Below, in pieces: positions 36,677 through 48,072 of a stretch of 64,000 nucleotides of DNA. This DNA is from Antedon mediterranea. Its lineage: Eukaryota > Animalia > Echinodermata. Within the stretch, counting starts at the first letter, position 1, and the number at the start of each line of letters is the position of its first letter. The position numbers and the translations under genes are program-made. The DNA lies in NCBI RefSeq assembly GCF_964355755.1, contig NC_092670.1, forward strand, positions 1,788,201 to 1,852,200, given 5' to 3'. Below the pieces are notes generated by a model. That model did not search any database, was not told where the DNA came from, and saw nothing but the letters and a program-made list of their open reading frames with translations.

Positions 36677-38284
36677 AGAGGGGTTCCGGGTTTAAAATGA
36701 ATAGTAAAAAATGTAAAATATATTTGTTTGTCTCTTGAACGGTAAAAGTTTCAATTTATATAAGCGCCCAGTGAAGCAGAACGAAGGCTGTGAAATGACG
36801 CCAGATTACAAGTGCAGCTACGGCAAAATCACACTGTGGTTACAGAATACGAAATTCGTGAAATGGTCAATCTTCCGACGACTCGTTATCATTAACCATA
36901 TCAATTACTTTTGTAAAATTATACTTATCTGATGTGATTTTAGTCGGTCTTCCCATTTATAAAATCAATTTTCTATGAAAATCCATCAAAACAGTGAAAA
37001 ATTAGATAAGTTTGCACTTTACGTTTGCCGATTTTCGCACTGACTTAGGGAAAGCCTTCAAAATCAATGAAGCGTAACGTATACATTCCTGCTGAGCGAG
37101 GAGAGCGAGACGACGATACACGTGCTCTCTCTGCCCATGCCTGGCATCGTCACGTGATAAGCAGATACAGTATACAATACCAAACTGGTCGGGTCGAGTA
37201 TACCCCGTCTATATCACAACATGAACGATGTACAGTATTTGATTGAAGGTCGACTCAACCTACCGGAATGGTATAGATAATATAGCTCGAATGAGAGAGT
37301 TGGAATATTTGTAAACATAAGTACAGTATTGCTAATTTTAACAAGTGTAGCCTATAGTAAAAGGCCTGGTAGTATCAATTCGCATAGGGTCTACTACACT
37401 AGCTAGCTCAATTTTTAACTGGGCCGGATCGGCTAGGCTAGGCTAGGCTAGGTCTCCTTCCTACTACCGGTCTACTTGCTTGATGCAGTATCCGCTTTTT
37501 TGGAGAGTAAACTAGGCCTACTTATTAATTAGACGATCGGGACACCCACCATACGTGCGGACGGCGATCGGACCTTGTTTTGCCTCAATATTTACAGCCG
37601 ATTTTTGTAGAACGTTTTAGGTTTAGATTGTTTAGGAGTTTGGTTGATAGGATGGGTTTGGAATCCACTGAGTTTTGTTATTTATGGGCCAATCGTTTAG
37701 TAATAGGCTAGCTAGGCCCATGAATGATGGCCATCGTGGCATGGAATCCCTAGTCAGAAATGGCTCTCACCCCGGCATGAATAAAATGATTTAGGCTAGG
37801 CCTAGCCTAGTACGTGAAGCCGATATACGATCTGTACTATTAATTCGAGGTATAAAAATAGTATAATTTATGACTCCGTAATCTGTACTAAATTTTGTAT
37901 TTCATTAAATGTCAAATAAATATATGCTACTACTGTTATTATTACACTTTAGGCCTAGCTTAGCAAATCTACAAAAAATGTATTTCACAATGATCGGGTG
38001 GTCGTCGTTTGACAGAGGAGAGAGAACACAACGTACAAGCTTGACGTCGCGAGTTTGGAATCCACTGATGACGAGATTTTGTGAATATCTCATGAATATT
38101 AATGAGCTTCCCTAAGCTGCTGAAAAACAGACTTTCCATGAATTTACCCTAAAATGTATATGAAATTTAATTTTTTTAATTTCTCGTTATTACTTCTTCA
38201 TTCTGACATGTCTATATTGTTATAATATTTTTTATTTAATAAATAAACGATATTTAAAAGCAATTTTAAACCCAGAATCCCCCT
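36677..38284. mobile_element. Non-autonomous Kolobok-like DNA transposon, 1.6 kb
   Basis: ttaa|agaggggttccgggtttaaaatg ... caattttaaacccagaatccccct|ttaa: TTAA TSD and AG...CT termini. Confidence 0.82.
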
Positions 38285-38855
38285 TTAATGAGTTGTTTGT
38301 ACTCCTGTCGGTTTTTTTATTCTAATTTTATTAAAATAAAGAAATTAAATATACGCCATAAAGCATCTGAGTATATTGTTTCAGTTTGTTTTCCATTTCA
38401 ATTTATGAACATAAGAGATGAACAACTTATATGGATGGATAACCGTAAGAGCGAAGCTCGTTAGCCGGTCACCCGTTAGTGCAGTGACATTACAGACAAC
38501 ATAAAGACAGGACAAAGGTGCAATACTTAACAAGACATGTGAACACTTGTGTTTGCAACCCCTTGGATAAAATAATATATTCATATAAAGGAGAAAATTA
38601 GATAGTATATTTCTTTTTGATCATAAAATGATAATTTTTAACTTACTTCTGAAGAAGGTTAACATGAAGATTACATATACAGTAGTTATTTTTATTTTTA
38701 CTAGTACATGGTAATAAAATCTGAATATCATCTTTTAGATAAAAAATGTAATAGATTTACATACACACACATATATATGTATATATATATATATGTATAT
38801 TGTTTAAGTAAACTTAAATAATGTTACTCTACTGATTAAATAATATAACATAATA

Positions 38856-39380
38856 TTACTGATATGTTGATAATAAACTGTGAATAAATTTCTTCTTAAA
38901 TAAACTTAAGGTACATTGGTTCTTAATAAAATTGCTTATATCATTCCACAATATAGGTCCTTGCCGTTTAATGGTATTCATTCCCAGGTCTGTTCTGAAA
39001 TTATGCGGACGCAAATCATTTAATGTTCTTGTATTATGACAATGTGTTTCTTTTACCCTAGCCCAAAAAGTATTGAAATTACTTGGTAGATTATTATTAA
39101 CAAAATTAAACATAAAAATTGCTTTTTGTAATTTATGAATATCATAGATTGTTAAAGTTTTTAATTTTAAACATAAGGGTGCAGTATGGGCCAGCCAGGA
39201 TGAGTTTGTACAGAGTCTAATTATTTTCTTTTGTTTTAAATGAATGGTTTTCAAATTGCAGTTGTTTGCATCTGCCCAAATAAGATTACAATAATATAAG
39301 TATGGGAGAACTAATGTGCGATATAAAGAAAATAAAATATTCGGTGCGAGAGCATGTTTTAGTCTAAATAAAATGCCATT
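38856..39380 (-). mobile_element. 3' fragment of a CR1/L2-group LINE ORF2
   Basis: GILFRLK...LYRTLVLPYLYYCNLIWA...QKKIIR...HTAPL...GPILWN is typical of the post-RT region. Confidence 0.85.
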
Positions 39381-39722
39381 GTAGGGTATATAGTATATAA
39401 AATTACATAGGGAGAACTGATAAGACCTTTTGTTTGAAATCAAGTGAAACCCCTATAGCCGAGTTGTTGAGTAAGCTGGCAGGAATAACTGTGACTACCA
39501 CGGTGACGTTAGGACCCTGGGATACTTCTGCCCATGTTGCAAGCCGTCTAAAACATCTTCTTTCTTAGGCCGAAACGGCCCACTCTGTCGCGGAAGTTAG
39601 TTTCAAAAGATGTTTAAACTAAATAATGTATTAATTATACCAATTAGGATGGTATTTATTTGAATAAACGCCTCCCCAATAAAACATCACTTGAATAATA
39701 ATCGCATTTTGTATTATATTTA

Positions 39723-42700
39723 TGTCGTGGTCCGAACAAATAAAGAGGAGAAAACACTTGGTTTCTTTCCTTCAGTGCGATTTTATTAGTTTCGTATATA
39801 TTGTACTTCAACATCAAATTATTACATAGACATAAGTCATTTCAGGTACAAGAATTCGAGATTCAAGATATAAGATTCAAGCCCTGCAAAATACGAATAA
39901 CAAATAACAATTGCCACTGTATCTAACAGTCAATTATAACAATAAGTAATAATGTAATAATTCACAACACTAATACAACAACGAACAATCACAATATAAT
40001 AGTACCTCAAGTTATCAACACCAACGTATGTATGACACAGCATCAACTCGTGATAACAAGATAACAACTCCTGATTATTATACTTCCGACTGAGCAAAAC
40101 TAAGATAAATATTGTAAATGCAAGTTTCATTAATCGTAAGCATGATTATAGTTAACATATGGTAAATCAGTTGCTTATACATAAAAGTTAAGCTTAGTAC
40201 TTACAAAATAAGAACATATCAATAGCTTAAACAAACTCTCAACCAAAACTGTAGTAACATAGCGAGAGCCAACAAAACGAACAAAAGACCCGCTCTGCTT
40301 ACGCACGGTCTTTTATCACACAGTGTCACCTGTATTCCAATTACAGAATGACTACGCAGCGCCCTCAATACTCAATTCATCACATCTTCCCCGCCCGGAA
40401 GTACTTTTGCCCCCAAAAGTAAAGTTTCAATAAAAAAAAATGCAATAGCCATATTTATTTGTTTAGAACAGAAATTGGAAGTCTATGAGGATTACTATTA
40501 ATACCCTTAGTGGAACGGGTTGACCTTCTCGGAGGAGAACGGACACTTTGTGTATTCCCACAATGGAATCTAATGTCCTCTAAATCATCCGAATTATCAG
40601 AGTCACTTAATACTTCGGATTGAAATGGTAGGCCCAAGGAATCATCTACTAACGAATGACCAACTGGATACAATGTATCTTCTTCATTGGATGGGTCTAG
40701 AACAAGTTTCCGTCTATTCACATACTTAAGTTCACCACCCCTTACTGGCCTAATACCAAACACATCATCTGTAGAATTAATTGACTCAATTATATAAGAA
40801 GAATCATGAAATTTATCAACAAGTTTATGACGTGAAGTAAAGGATTCCCTCCTAAGCAATACACAATCACCGATTTTAAGACACTCAACAGGCATCTTAA
40901 CAACATGCCTCTTTTCTTCACGAATTGCTACAGCCTTCAATCTGGACAATGTTATCTCATAAGCTCTTTTCATAAAATAAATAAACAATGTGACTAATTA
41001 ACTCAGGCCATCTTCTACGTTCTTTAGGATCCAGAGATCGTAACAATCCACATAAAGACTTATTAAATCGTTCACATTGTCCGTTTCCAGAAGGGTATAA
41101 CTAGTAGTACGAGATTTGCTAATACCATATAACTTACATATCTCACGAATTACGTTGTTCTCAAATGATTTACCCTGATCAGAATGTAACCGATCAGGAA
41201 CACCATAATGTACAAACCACGAATCCCTTAACACATTAGCAACAGTGATTGCTGTTTGATTTTTACATGGAACAGCCAAAGAAAATTTACAAAAAAACAT
41301 CGGTCATAACCAGAACATCTTCATAACCCCCCTTACCCCGATCTAATTTTAAGAAATCCAAAGCCAAAATCTCCTGAGGACGGAAAGCCAGTAAGTGTCG
41401 AAGTGGTGGTTTAACAGTAGGAGAGGGTAATTTGCTACGCACACAACGACCACAGCGAGAAATGTAAAGTCTTACTTCATTATTCATCCCCGGCCAATAA
41501 CAACGCCGTCTTAACAAGGACAAAGTTCGATAAACCCCCTGATGCGCCCACTTATCATGACAAAGCTCAATTAAAGTTGAACGCAAATTACGTGGAACTA
41601 GTAATTGTCTGAATGAAATAACAATAGGATCTTTTACTTGCCGATACAAAACACCATTAAATTCAACATAATTGGACCACTCATGCAACCAACCAGATAC
41701 ACACTCCGCTTCTAGACGCCCATCCTTTTCCCTACACCATCCAGCCTTCCATAGTTTCCAAACTTCACCTAGCTCATCATCTTTCTGCTGCATATCTGTA
41801 AGTTGCTGAAATGTATAACTTGGTAAAACAGAAGGAATAGACTTAGTTTCCAGAAGGGACTTTGCCATTGAAACTGAATTATCTGAATTTTGGATATCAA
41901 CAATAGCAGTACGAACATGTACCAACAAGCAACAAGCAACAGCCGCCAATGCTTCTTTATTTACACTCTCTTCTTCGAACGGATATCTGCTTAAAGTATC
42001 CGCACACTTATTGTTTGAACCCGGTTTATACTTTATTTCTATGTTAAACATTGCAAGCTGAGCAACCCACCTTAACTCAGTCGCTCCTAACTTAGCAGTT
42101 TGCAAATATGCTAAAGGATTGTTATCCGTGTAAACTATAGCTTTAGTACTCTGAATGTAAGAACCAAATTTATCAACAACGGCCCATTTTAAACCCAATA
42201 ATTCCAATTTGAAACTAGATAGTCCAGCATAGCTTTTCTCTGATCCACGTAACCCACGACTTGCATACGCAATAGGATGAAGAATCTGGTTATCGTCCCG
42301 CTGAGACAAACATGCCCCTATCCCATTACCACTAGAATCCACCTCAATAATGAACTCTCTATCAAAAATAGGATAAGCTAACACAGGTGGAGTCACTAAA
42401 CTTTTCTTAAGACTTTCAAATGCAATTTGTTGTGGTAAACCCCAATGAAATGTACTTATTTTGTTTTTACCGACTCCAGCACGACCATTCCCCGCCCGAG
42501 ATGCTGCCATATGGGTAATATTATGGAGCGGCGATGCAATCTTAGCGAAATTCGGGACGAACCTCCGATAATACGAGGCAAGTCCAAGGAAGGACTTAAC
42601 CTCAGTAACATTTTTTGGAACAGGCCACGAAACGACTTTATCAGTCTTACCTACATCAACAGAAACACCTTTACTCGAAATGACATGACCCAGATAAGCG

Positions 42701-45700
42701 ACTTCTTCCCTAAACAAATCACATTTTCTTCCTTTCACCTTTAACCCATACCTCGCTAACCTACTAAACACCTTATCTAGGCGATTCAAATGTTCATCAA
42801 ACGTAGCTGAAAAGATAAGAATATCATCAAGATATAAAACAACTTCAGAGAGATTCAAGTCACCCAGTACATACTCCATTACGCGTTGGAACGTGCTTGG
42901 ACTGTTCGTAAGACCCTGTGGCATCCGCAAAAACTCGTACAATCCCCACGGCACCCGGAACGCTGTTTTACCAATAGAATCATCAGCCATGATTATTTGA
43001 AAAAACCCATGTGCCAAATCAAGGGTTGAAAACCAACGAGAACCGGTTAAAACGTCAAGTACCTCATCAATTCTAGGTAAGGGAAATGAGTCTTTCATAG
43101 TACGCCCATTCAATTTGCGATAATCTATGCACAAACGCAAAGAATTATCCTTTTTCTGAACCAAAACGATGGGACTGGCGTAATCACTTTTTGAAGGCCT
43201 AATAATACCCTGATTTAGCATTTCTTGTAGCATTGCTTTAACTTCTTTAATATTATTAGGATGGACTCTACGATATGGCAATCTAATAGGTACATTGTTA
43301 CTAATTAATGAAATTGAGTGAGGTATCACATCGCACTTCCCAACATCATAGGGACCTGTAGAGAAAACATGTTTGTAATTATTTAACAGCAACAAAACTT
43401 TGCACTCCTTATCTCTAGGTAAGCCTTTCAATAGTAAACCCGGAGGACAGACCAACTCAGATTCTGCAACAATGCTACGTTTATGAGACGGATAATTACC
43501 ATCAACCAGCTCAGAACCGTTGGAACACACATTATCCGGTGGCAAAACACTTGAACACACATTGACTTCATGTAACTTATCACAAGCCACTGGAACAGCT
43601 GTATTAAAGTGCTTTAAAGAAACAAAAATTTGGGATTGCTCATCATTAACTCTCAAGACTACCTCAGCCCTACCAGTACAAGGCGAAGCTGTTTTCGCAC
43701 CAACTACCTTACCCAAGGTTTCCAGAATTCTCGGATCATCTTGAATATAACGTAAAATATTACATCCTGTCAAAATTGGATAAGAAACATTGTTATTACA
43801 TGCACTATCAGAAACAATGAGAAAACTACCCAACAAATTGTGCCCTAATATTTCAATTGGAACTTCAACATAGCCCTCAATCGGAACTTCAACACCACAG
43901 ACGCCAATCACATTGGTAAATAACTTGTCTGCACTGTGTAAACCACCCAGCTCAGATTTTAGAATTCTGTGATAAATTGAAGAAGGAATGATAGATGCTT
44001 CCGCTCCTGTGTCAAGAACTGAACCCAATTCAACTGAACCAAACTTTATAACAGCACAAGGGCTTTGGGCAACTAAACGGCTAAGCAAAGAGGATTCCGA
44101 GGGCTCTCGTAAATCATTAGGGGGAATAATTTTATCTTCCACAGAAACAACCGGAATTTGAACAGAACCTAGATTATGATTATCTGTAGATGGTTCGGGC
44201 TTTGACTTCCTAACTCTACTTGGACATTTTGCAGCAAAGTGGCCGACCTTTTTACATTCCCAGCAGAGACCTGGAGGCATTTCACAATTATCTCTATTAT
44301 GACCAAATTGTCCACAATTAAAACAACGACGGGGCCCACTTCTATTAAAAGAATTATTAGTAGTATTTTGGGAAAACTTACATAAACTCTGTTGAAGTTG
44401 ATCTAGCTGTTGTTTAAGAACCTTTAACTCCTTTTTAATTTCACAATTTTCAGATTGGTTTGAATAAGAATTTGTTGGAAAATCTACACCCTGAACTTTC
44501 GGTCTATAACCCCGTGATGTCTCGCCTTTAAACAATTCAAGAACTTCCTCCCTCATTTCCATAAAGGATTTACCCCTAGACGCCAATTCAATTCTGCGCA
44601 TTTCACGCCTAACGAGTGGATCCCGTACCCCTTCTACCAATCTCTGTTTGAGTGTGGAGTCCTGTAAATGTTTGAGAGCATTCTGTTCATTGGGGAAAGA
44701 AGCTTCCAATAATCGCGAATAAATTTTCATTAACTCTAAACTATATTCGGCCACACTTTCATAATCCAACTGATTACGAGAATAAAACAAAGTATTTAAA
44801 GCCGATACGGATTCATCTGGAGAAAAGGTAGTCTGTAACACTTGAATGGCCTTTTTAACATTTTTGCCTTTACCCAATATGGACATTTGGTAATGTACTT
44901 CGTCTTTAGCCGATCCCCCCAAGTGACTTACTAGGGCATCATATTTTACGTCCCCACCTAGATTATAATGTGTACAATATGTCTCAAAATCTTCGAGCCA
45001 TTCCCGCAACGTGACATCCCCAGGGGATTTTGGACGACCCCTAAATTTAGCCAACTTAATAGGAGGAGGAACTTTTTGAACACCCACACCTTTCAACACA
45101 TCAGTAAGCGCAGCAATCATACTATTAATTCCTGTGGTCTCAGTATCGGGTTTCTCAGCTTTCGCCATATTAATATACACAGATGATATAACGAGTTTAA
45201 ATCAAGAATATACGAACAATGATCATTCATAAACCAATCTATAAGGTACTATATAAACAATTGATCACAGATAACATATCAACAATATATTTTAACAGAT
45301 CCACACTTTTCAATGATTATAATTCCAAGCAAGAGTATTGTATGTCACACATGTCACACCAATTATTAGAATTATCAATTTAAATTATATGGTCAACTTC
45401 CCAAATGTTAAATTATAATCTACACATTCATATATAAGTATCAATGTTCTTATCTTCTTATCTCCATTCATAACTTGAGAGCCTAGATTCCGGTAACTGG
45501 TCCTCTTCGATCTTGATGCTTGATGCTTGGTACCCTGCTCGCAGCGCCAAGTTTGTCGTGGTCCGAACAAATAAAGAGGAGAAAACACTTGGTTTCTTTC
45601 CTTCAGTGCGATTTTATTAGTTTCGTATATATTGTACTTCAACATCAAATTATTACATAGACATAAGTCATTTCAGGTACAAGAATTCGAGATTCAAGAT

Positions 45701-46215
45701 ATAAGATTCAAGCCCTGCAAAATACGAATAACAAATAACAATTGCCACTGTATCTAACAGTCAATTATAACAATAAGTAATAATGTAATAATTCACAACA
45801 CTAATACAACAACGAACAATCACAATATAATAGTACCTCAAGTTATCAACACCAACGTATGTATGACACAGCATCAACTCGTGATAACAAGATAACAACT
45901 CCTGATTATTATACTTCCGACTGAGCAAAACTAAGATAAATATTGTAAATGCAAGTTTCATTAATCGTAAGCATGATTATAGTTAACATATGGTAAATCA
46001 GTTGCTTATATATACAAGTTAAGCTTAGTACTTACAAAATAAGAACATATCAATAGCTTAAACAAACTCTCAACCAAAACTGTAGTAACATAGCGAGAGC
46101 CAACAAAACGAACAAAAGACCCGCTCTGCTTACGCACGGTCTTTTATCACACAGTGTCAGCTGTATTCCAATTACAGAATGACTACGCAGCGCCCTCAAT
46201 ACTCAATTCATCACA
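39723..46215 (-). mobile_element. Full-structure Ty3/Gypsy LTR retrotransposon with a defective integrase
   Basis: 662-bp TG...CA LTRs (39723-40384, 45554-46215); 4-bp TSD ttta; PBS tggcgctgcgagcaggg; PPT gggcggggaaga; gag-PR-RT-RH-IN order. Confidence 0.97.
41287..45180 (-). CDS. Gypsy Gag-Pol polyprotein (single frame; integrase continues frameshifted in 41300-40998 and 40988-40455)
   Basis: Two CCHC knuckles, LDTGA protease, LCIDYRKLN/YLDD RT, RNase H (YTDNNPL), HHCC zinc finger and LHSDQG integrase core. Confidence 0.93.
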   Translation of the reverse strand: MYINMAKAEKPDTETTGINSMIAALTDVLKGVGVQKVPPPIKLAKFRGRPKSPGDVTLREWLEDFETYCTHYNLGGDVKYDALVSHLGGSAKDEVHYQMSILGKGKNVKKAIQVLQTTFSPDESVSALNTLFYSRNQLDYESVAEYSLELMKIYSRLLEASFPNEQNALKHLQDSTLKQRLVEGVRDPLVRREMRRIELASRGKSFMEMREEVLELFKGETSRGYRPKVQGVDFPTNSYSNQSENCEIKKELKVLKQQLDQLQQSLCKFSQNTTNNSFNRSGPRRCFNCGQFGHNRDNCEMPPGLCWECKKVGHFAAKCPSRVRKSKPEPSTDNHNLGSVQIPVVSVEDKIIPPNDLREPSESSLLSRLVAQSPCAVIKFGSVELGSVLDTGAEASIIPSSIYHRILKSELGGLHSADKLFTNVIGVCGVEVPIEGYVEVPIEILGHNLLGSFLIVSDSACNNNVSYPILTGCNILRYIQDDPRILETLGKVVGAKTASPCTGRAEVVLRVNDEQSQIFVSLKHFNTAVPVACDKLHEVNVCSSVLPPDNVCSNGSELVDGNYPSHKRSIVAESELVCPPGLLLKGLPRDKECKVLLLLNNYKHVFSTGPYDVGKCDVIPHSISLISNNVPIRLPYRRVHPNNIKEVKAMLQEMLNQGIIRPSKSDYASPIVLVQKKDNSLRLCIDYRKLNGRTMKDSFPLPRIDEVLDVLTGSRWFSTLDLAHGFFQIIMADDSIGKTAFRVPWGLYEFLRMPQGLTNSPSTFQRVMEYVLGDLNLSEVVLYLDDILIFSATFDEHLNRLDKVFSRLARYGLKVKGRKCDLFREEVAYLGHVISSKGVSVDVGKTDKVVSWPVPKNVTEVKSFLGLASYYRRFVPNFAKIASPLHNITHMAASRAGNGRAGVGKNKISTFHWGLPQQIAFESLKKSLVTPPVLAYPIFDREFIIEVDSSGNGIGACLSQRDDNQILHPIAYASRGLRGSEKSYAGLSSFKLELLGLKWAVVDKFGSYIQSTKAIVYTDNNPLAYLQTAKLGATELRWVAQLAMFNIEIKYKPGSNNKCADTLSRYPFEEESVNKEALAAVACCLLVHVRTAIVDIQNSDNSVSMAKSLLETKSIPSVLPSYTFQQLTDMQQKDDELGEVWKLWKAGWCREKDGRLEAECVSGWLHEWSNYVEFNGVLYRQVKDPIVISFRQLLVPRNLRSTLIELCHDKWAHQGVYRTLSLLRRRCYWPGMNNEVRLYISRCGRCVRSKLPSPTVKPPLRHLLAFRPQEILALDFLKLDRGKGGYEDVLVMTDVFL

Positions 46216-46597
46216 TTTATAACACAATTATACCTGTAATAGAATTCATCGGACTGTTATTTACAATTTACCATATATCAATTAGAGGATTTTATTTGAT
46301 TATAAATGTTACCATATGATTAGGCCTACAAAAAAAAATTAAAAGTATCCCTCGAATAAACACCCCTCAAATGAACTCTGCTTCCCCACCTCCGCCCTAC
46401 AAGGGCCCTACCAAACATTAAACAATATACTTTAAAATGTTATTAATCATCTAAGACACGTCTGTGAAACAGAGTAGGTTTAGTGTTATGAGTATCAATT
46501 AAGCATTTCAGTAATAACTAATACAGTATAATGGATAAAATCCTTCTAAAACCTTTTTACCCGATTCATTATCATTCCGAGAACCATCGTGTACATC

Positions 46598-46635
46598 CTA
46601 GAGGGGGAGCGAGCGAAGCGAGCAAACCCTCTAGT
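46598..46635 (+). mobile_element. Probable Helitron/Helentron-type 3' end (hairpin ending in CTAG)
   Basis: Stem ctagaggg / ccctctag enclosing gagcgagcgaagcgagc. Confidence 0.4.
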
Positions 46636-46655
46636 ATTAAGTAATTTGAAATTGA

Positions 46656-46909
46656 AGATGTATTGTCCCCCAGGGCCCCAAAAACATGAAAAATAAAAAT
46701 TAATAAAATCAGACATTGAATAGATTATTTTGTAGTTTTAATAAAGTTAATCACGTTTATAGAAAAAAAAACCTGAAAAAATTAAGGTTTTCACTTATAA
46801 AATGACAACCAATTTGACTATTTTTTGCTTTAAATTACAGTTTTTTAGGTAAAAACTTTTTTTTCGATCCAAAAAAAGATTTATTTTTTTTCAGGGAGAC
46901 AATATATCT
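46656..46909. mobile_element. Kolobok-like MITE (agatgtattgtccc termini)
   Basis: TIRs agatgtattgtcccc / ggagacaatatatct. Confidence 0.7.
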
Positions 46910-48072
46910 ATAAATTAATCTGGCCAATTACTAAAAAAAAAAGAATAAATAAATAAAAAAAGAAATTGTATTTTACCTTGATTTTTAATGCATTTGTGAG
47001 AAAATAAATGGAGGATAGTAATACCCCTTTTTCATAAATAGCTTATAATACCTTAACATTTATTTGTTTATTACATAATGTAATATGCTAAATATGTACA
47101 CTCAAGCACATTCTTTAAAAAAATCACTGAAACTATTTAATACTAAATAACACTAAATAGTCTGGTTGTAAAATCAACTAAAAATAGTTACAAGAGCTTA
47201 AAGATTTCTTTATACTGTATACTGTAATTGTGTATACATGTGTACCACCAGAAAATTCTAAAATTGTTTACTGAAAATCTCATCCACATCTTAGAAATAA
47301 ACCCCCTTTAGTGGTAATAGACTAATCTAATCTAACCATTAAAAAGTCACTAAACAAAACATACATTATTCTTGATATAATGGTACAACCCACCACTAAA
47401 AAAAATCTTAGTTTTCTAGATCTAGAAAACTAAGATATCTTAGGTCTTCGTTTTCTAGATCTTTTAAGTCAGTTGTTTATTGAATATTATTATTATAAAT
47501 ACCACATGCTTAAATTCATGTCATCTGATTGGTTGATAGTTGGTCTATTGATAATACTGCTGTCACCAGTGTTTGTAGTAGTTCAACTCAGAGGTGAACC
47601 AAAAACTCCCAGGTACTACTTAGTCATTTGTTTTAGTGTCATACAGTGCTCCCGGTCAAAACGAAAGTGTTGGCATGGGGTGTGTAGAAAGCGATGACCT
47701 CGAATTGGACGACTCCTAGACGATTATTTTCCCATATCGGCCCCTACTGCTAGTGGCGGTGGTTGTACGACTGGTGACGGACCTAGTGTCAGAAATTAGT
47801 ATATTAATATCATAGGGAGAGGGAAGATAGAGTTTCAATTTCATATCTACCTACAGTATATTAAAACATCCTCCTAGATATAGAAAACGAAATATTTAAG
47901 AAAACAAACAATGTTGATATAATAGTAGTTGTGAAGTGGTGCTCATAAAAATGATGGAGAGAGTAGTGAATGGAAACAATGATATGCCCTGCAGTGTTTA
48001 GTTTTAAAATGATTACCGGAAATTAGGTTCCACCAGCCTATAGGAGAATACGTTTCATGGATTCAGTGATGG

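Noticed and set aside
39930-45961. Identical 66-aa ORFs at 39930-40130 and 45761-45961
   Set aside because: Identity follows from LTR duplication; no recognisable motif.
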